27,151 nucleotides of DNA from a virus (taxonomy: Duplodnaviria; Caudoviricetes): positions 1 to 27,151 of the IMG/VR virus record IMGVR_UViG_3300032301_000404. One strand, written 5' to 3'. Shown one piece after another: positions 23,960 through 27,151 of this stretch. Every line of letters begins with the position of its first letter. The stretch's first letter is position 1. The notes below the pieces were generated by a model. It ran no database searches and was not told the origin of the DNA. It saw nothing but the letters and a program-made list of their open reading frames with translations. A program made the position numbers and the translations under genes.

Positions 23960-23965
23960 TGGCCA

Positions 23966-24490
23966 TTAGGCGCTATGGTCTTCGGCCAGCTTTAGGCCGA
24001 TCTCGCCCGCCTCCGCGACCCGGCGGGTCCAGCCCTTGCCGAAGGCGTCGAAGGTGGGCAGGGCCTCCAGGAAGTGCTGCCGGTTGCGCTGGAAGGCGGC
24101 GATGAGGGCGGCCGGATCATGGGCGGCCACTGCAGCCAGGGTCTTCGGGCCAATCGTCCCGTCGGGCATAACGCCCACGACAGACTGGAGGACGCGAGCC
24201 GCCCGGCTGGGGCCGCTGTTCACCGCCATGTCAAACACGACGTAATCGAGGCCCGCAGGCAGGTCGTCGGCCCGCACCGCGTCCCAGAACCGAGTGCGAT
24301 AGATGGACGTCAAGTGCTCGTCAGAGATGGCCCGCAGCTCGGCCTTCGTGGCCTGGCGGCCGAGCCAGTCGGAATAGGTCGCAAGCGTGACGCCCTTCAT
24401 GGTGGCGCCGCCCGGGTCTCGCGGGTGGTCGGCCCAGCCGCCCTCATGCTTCAGGACATGCGCGAGGCCGTGCTCGAAGTTTTTCCTCAT
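23966..24490 (-). CDS. Endolysin, glycoside hydrolase family 108 with C-terminal PG-binding domain
   Basis: LKHEGGWADHPRDPGGATMKGVT (EGG...DPGGxT), FDMAVNSG, DGTIGPKTL and FGKGWTRR. Confidence 0.95.
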   Translation of the reverse strand: MRKNFEHGLAHVLKHEGGWADHPRDPGGATMKGVTLATYSDWLGRQATKAELRAISDEHLTSIYRTRFWDAVRADDLPAGLDYVVFDMAVNSGPSRAARVLQSVVGVMPDGTIGPKTLAAVAAHDPAALIAAFQRNRQHFLEALPTFDAFGKGWTRRVAEAGEIGLKLAEDHSA

Positions 24491-25011
24491 CTGCCGCTCT
24501 TCAATACCTGATTGAGCTGCTGGGTCTTTTCGCGGGAGCCGGCCGAGGAGCCGAAGTAGTAGGAGACGATCGCGCCCCAGGCCGTGCCGAGCGTCCCCAG
24601 CATGACGAGCAGGGCCTCGCCACCATTGATGGGCAGGCCGTAGGCGATCATCCAGGAGAGGATGCCGAAGAAGCCGCAGGTGACTGCGCCGGCGAGAAGG
24701 CGCGGGGTTATGTCGCCGGTCTGAGCCTCGCGCTTGCGAGCGCTGCCGCGATCGGTCGCGTCGATGCGCTCGAGGTCGATTTCCAGTTCCTTCATCCGCA
24801 CGGCGAAGTCCTGCTCGGCCTTTTTTAGGGCCAGCAACTGCTCAGGCGTGGCGCTCTTCACGGCGTCCAGAAGCTCGGCCTCGGTGCCGTCAGGCTTGCC
24901 CAGCAGGGCTTCGGAGATGGCGCGCGTGGCCATGCCCGCGAGCGGGCCGCCGACGGCCGTGGCGATGGACGGAGCGACCGTTCGGACGAGGTTCAGAAGC
25001 TGTTCCATCAC
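24487..25011 (-). CDS. Putative holin (3TM-type)
   Basis: APSIATAVGGPLAG N-terminus, coiled-coil middle, two hydrophobic helices ending YYFGSS; coupled to the endolysin. Start is GTG 25011 or ATG 25008. Confidence 0.75.
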   Translation of the reverse strand: MMEQLLNLVRTVAPSIATAVGGPLAGMATRAISEALLGKPDGTEAELLDAVKSATPEQLLALKKAEQDFAVRMKELEIDLERIDATDRGSARKREAQTGDITPRLLAGAVTCGFFGILSWMIAYGLPINGGEALLVMLGTLGTAWGAIVSYYFGSSAGSREKTQQLNQVLKSGR

Positions 25012-25238
25012 TTGTCCGCCTTGCGCTCAAGGCGATCGAAGATGGCCTTCACCATCGCCTTGATGTCCTGGATGTCTGCCCGGTAGTCGTCCTTGCTGAC
25101 GTAGGATGTGTGAAGCTCTCGCTCAATGCGCTTCATCTCGTCCTGCAAGATGCGGACGCTTTCCCAGACGACCTTTAGCATCCAGCCGATTGCTGCTCCG
25201 GCGATGCCGACGGCGATGTTGTAAAGGTCTTGCGTCAT
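25008..25238 (-). CDS. Small single-TM coiled-coil protein of the lysis region
   Basis: N-terminal TM (IAVGIAGAAIGWML), then YVSKDDY...IFDRLERKADK; TGATG coupling; start moved from 25268. Confidence 0.75.
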   Translation of the reverse strand: MTQDLYNIAVGIAGAAIGWMLKVVWESVRILQDEMKRIERELHTSYVSKDDYRADIQDIKAMVKAIFDRLERKADK

Positions 25239-25726
25239 CACGGGACTCCTGGCCAAGAAACTTCCCACGGGAAGCCGGCTTGCGCCGGCACGTCACGCAG
25301 CTCCTGCCGGTACGCTGCCCAGGCGAGGTCATCGACCGGGGCGTCGGCAAGCTGCGTCCAGTCGCAGGCGGTGAGCCGGGCGTTGCGGTCGGCTCGCACG
25401 CGGGCAGCCTGCTCTGCATCCAGGCGCGCCTTGTAGGCGGCTTCCTGCTCCGCAGCGGTTGCGTCCGGCGTGTCGGAGAAGATCGGCCCAGCGACGTACT
25501 TGGTGTACCACTTGCCTGCGATCTGCTCGACGCCCTGTCGCATGGAGTATTCATACGGAGGCGTGGTCGTGGCTTGCGGCCCCTCGAACACGGGGTCCGC
25601 GCCGATAGCCTCAAGGACTTCTTCGGTCGTCTGGTCCCAGGATGCCCCGCTGGTGGAGCGCGCCCAGTTACGAAGCTCCCCCTCCAGCATGACTTGGCCC
25701 GTTTCGCGGATACGATATTCAGCCAT
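25238..25726 (-). CDS. Tail fibre assembly chaperone
   Basis: VRADRNARLTACDWTQLADAP...WAAYRQELRDVPAQAGFP...WP is the typical tail assembly chaperone C-terminus; follows the fibre gene; AGGAG RBS. Confidence 0.9.
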   Translation of the reverse strand: MAEYRIRETGQVMLEGELRNWARSTSGASWDQTTEEVLEAIGADPVFEGPQATTTPPYEYSMRQGVEQIAGKWYTKYVAGPIFSDTPDATAAEQEAAYKARLDAEQAARVRADRNARLTACDWTQLADAPVDDLAWAAYRQELRDVPAQAGFPWEVSWPGVP

Positions 25727-25737
25727 GATGGTTCTCC

Positions 25738-27151
25738 TCAGGCCACGGATAGGAAAATATAGGAAGCACCGTTGATGTTTACGTTGTTGCCGCCATCGTT
25801 GCTGAGTTCGAAGCCGCTCGCAGCCGTGTCCACCCAGTCGGTCCCGGTGACTTCAGCGGTAAGAAGGTTAAGCCGTAAATACGGATCGTTGCCCGCTATG
25901 ATACCGCGCGCCGTATCCCACACATACCAATCGCCGGTACTGTCGGTGCGCTTGATTAGCACGAACCGGGCGCCAGCGGCGAAGCCGCAGTTCACGACTT
26001 GGGTTGCGCCCGTGCCAGTGTAAGTGCCGACCTTGCTGACGCCTCCGACTGTGGCGAATAGATAAGCAGCATATGTCGCGGCGCTGGTATTAACTTCAGT
26101 AGCAGTACCAAGCGAGAACACTGAACTTGTAGGCGTTGTACTGTTCCACCTAGTAGCACCAGTTGCCTTTGCTGCTGTTGTATTCAGCACTAAGTATTCA
26201 GTGTTTGCTAACGCGCTTGAATATACTTGCCAATCAGTTGCGCCAGAACGACCCTTAACAATCATCAACTCAGGCACCGCGCCCAAGTTATGAGTCACCG
26301 TTCTATTAGCACCCGTCCCCGTATAGCACACCACATCAAAGAAGCCTGGGGCGCGGCGGAATAGGTAATTGATGAAGGTGTTGGCGGAGGCATTGGTAAT
26401 GGGGGAAGTTGTGCCGACCTTTACACCATCCATCACATCCCAAGGATTGGCTTGCAGGATAGTAGTGCCAGCGGTAACTTCTGCGGCGGTGCTGGATGTG
26501 ACTAGATAACCCGTGTTGGTAAGGCGCGAAGAAAACAAAAAACTAGACACAGAAGAACCACGGTTCTTGATCAGAACAGCGTCATCCGTTTGACCGCCAG
26601 TTACCGTAGCATTGACGCCAGTGCCAGTACGCGCATTAAGCCCAAACACACTCGTCCCGGTCGTCGGGGTCCGCATCGGGCCGCGCCGGATGGCGATGTA
26701 GATGTAGTTGGAGCCGTTGGAGTTGAAGCCGAACGCGGTCGTCTCAATTTGAAAACCTGTGGCTGTCGGTGCCACGAATGTGCCTGTGCTTTCAGCGGCA
26801 TTGAGATTGGGGTTTAGCACTGCATCACCTGCCCCGACAGTGAAGCCGCGCATGTTGTCAATGAGGTTCCAGTCACCCGAGCCGCCCGACGTCCGTTTGA
26901 TCAGCAGCCATTGCGGCTCATAGCCCAGCGTCACAACAGGGCCGGTCGTGGAACCGTTGCCGGTATAGCTCCCACAGCTAATCACATTGTCAGCGCCGGT
27001 CGCGCCAAAGCCGCCCGCGTCGTGCGCGAAAAGGTAGGCGACGTAGGTGCCGCCGTTGGCGTTGACGCTCGCGTCTGTGCCGAGGCTGAACACAGTGTCG
27101 GTTGGCGTTGTGCTGTTCCAACGTGTTGCGCCGGTTGCTGCTGTCGCCGTG
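25738..27151 (-). CDS. Tail fibre / receptor-binding protein with repeated YTGxG...IKR...W domains (5' end beyond window)
   Basis: The frame stays open to the window edge (TATAATGATRWNSTTPTDTVFSLGT...). Repeated units YTGNG...PQWLLIKR, YTGTG...PELMIVKGR and YTGTG...FVLIKR; upstream of the chaperone. Confidence 0.85.
   Translation of the reverse strand, partial: TATAATGATRWNSTTPTDTVFSLGTDASVNANGGTYVAYLFAHDAGGFGATGADNVISCGSYTGNGSTTGPVVTLGYEPQWLLIKRTSGGSGDWNLIDNMRGFTVGAGDAVLNPNLNAAESTGTFVAPTATGFQIETTAFGFNSNGSNYIYIAIRRGPMRTPTTGTSVFGLNARTGTGVNATVTGGQTDDAVLIKNRGSSVSSFLFSSRLTNTGYLVTSSTAAEVTAGTTILQANPWDVMDGVKVGTTSPITNASANTFINYLFRRAPGFFDVVCYTGTGANRTVTHNLGAVPELMIVKGRSGATDWQVYSSALANTEYLVLNTTAAKATGATRWNSTTPTSSVFSLGTATEVNTSAATYAAYLFATVGGVSKVGTYTGTGATQVVNCGFAAGARFVLIKRTDSTGDWYVWDTARGIIAGNDPYLRLNLLTAEVTGTDWVDTAASGFELSNDGGNNVNINGASYIFLSVA

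Noticed and set aside
23863-23965. tRNA or intrinsic terminator in the structured gap
   Set aside because: No cloverleaf or T-loop (GTTCRA) motif, and no U-tract after either stem.
25738-27151. Diversity-generating retroelement acting on the tail fibre
   Set aside because: The repeats differ at synonymous positions of all kinds rather than at adenines. No near-identical TR/VR pair or reverse transcriptase is present in the window.
1-27151. Prophage boundary, att site or host genes
   Set aside because: All recognisable genes are phage-type and there is no integrase or tRNA, so lifestyle and host cannot be determined from this window.

Overview
The window is a fragment of a GC-rich tailed dsDNA phage (Caudoviricetes). 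It has a podovirus-type tail and ejection gene set, and no host genes, integrase, RNA genes or CRISPR array are visible. From left to right: (1) a + strand accessory block with the end of a C5 cytosine methyltransferase, small membrane/HTH/hypothetical genes and an HTH-fused calcineurin-like metallophosphoesterase; (2) a - strand arm with a tandem-HTH regulator, RusA, a Prim-Pol/PriCT-2/DUF3987-type primase, a terminator and a lower-GC T5orf172/GIY-YIG-like gene; (3) a divergent promoter region at about 6530-6750; (4) a + strand recombination/replication arm with Sak4-like ATPase, DUF669-type SSB, Cas4-like nuclease, SF2 helicase and small genes; (5) a long - strand late operon with tail fibre, chaperone, lysis genes, adaptor, tail proteins and four putative ejection proteins. 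The most striking observation is that the 1494-aa putative ejection protein looks like a fusion. Its second half has motifs of an HhH-GPD (EndoIII/OGG1-like) DNA glycosylase fold, joined through [FY]xxGG linkers that recur in another ejection-block protein. This suggests a virion-delivered DNA-modifying enzyme. All family calls come from motif recognition by eye; no database search was run.
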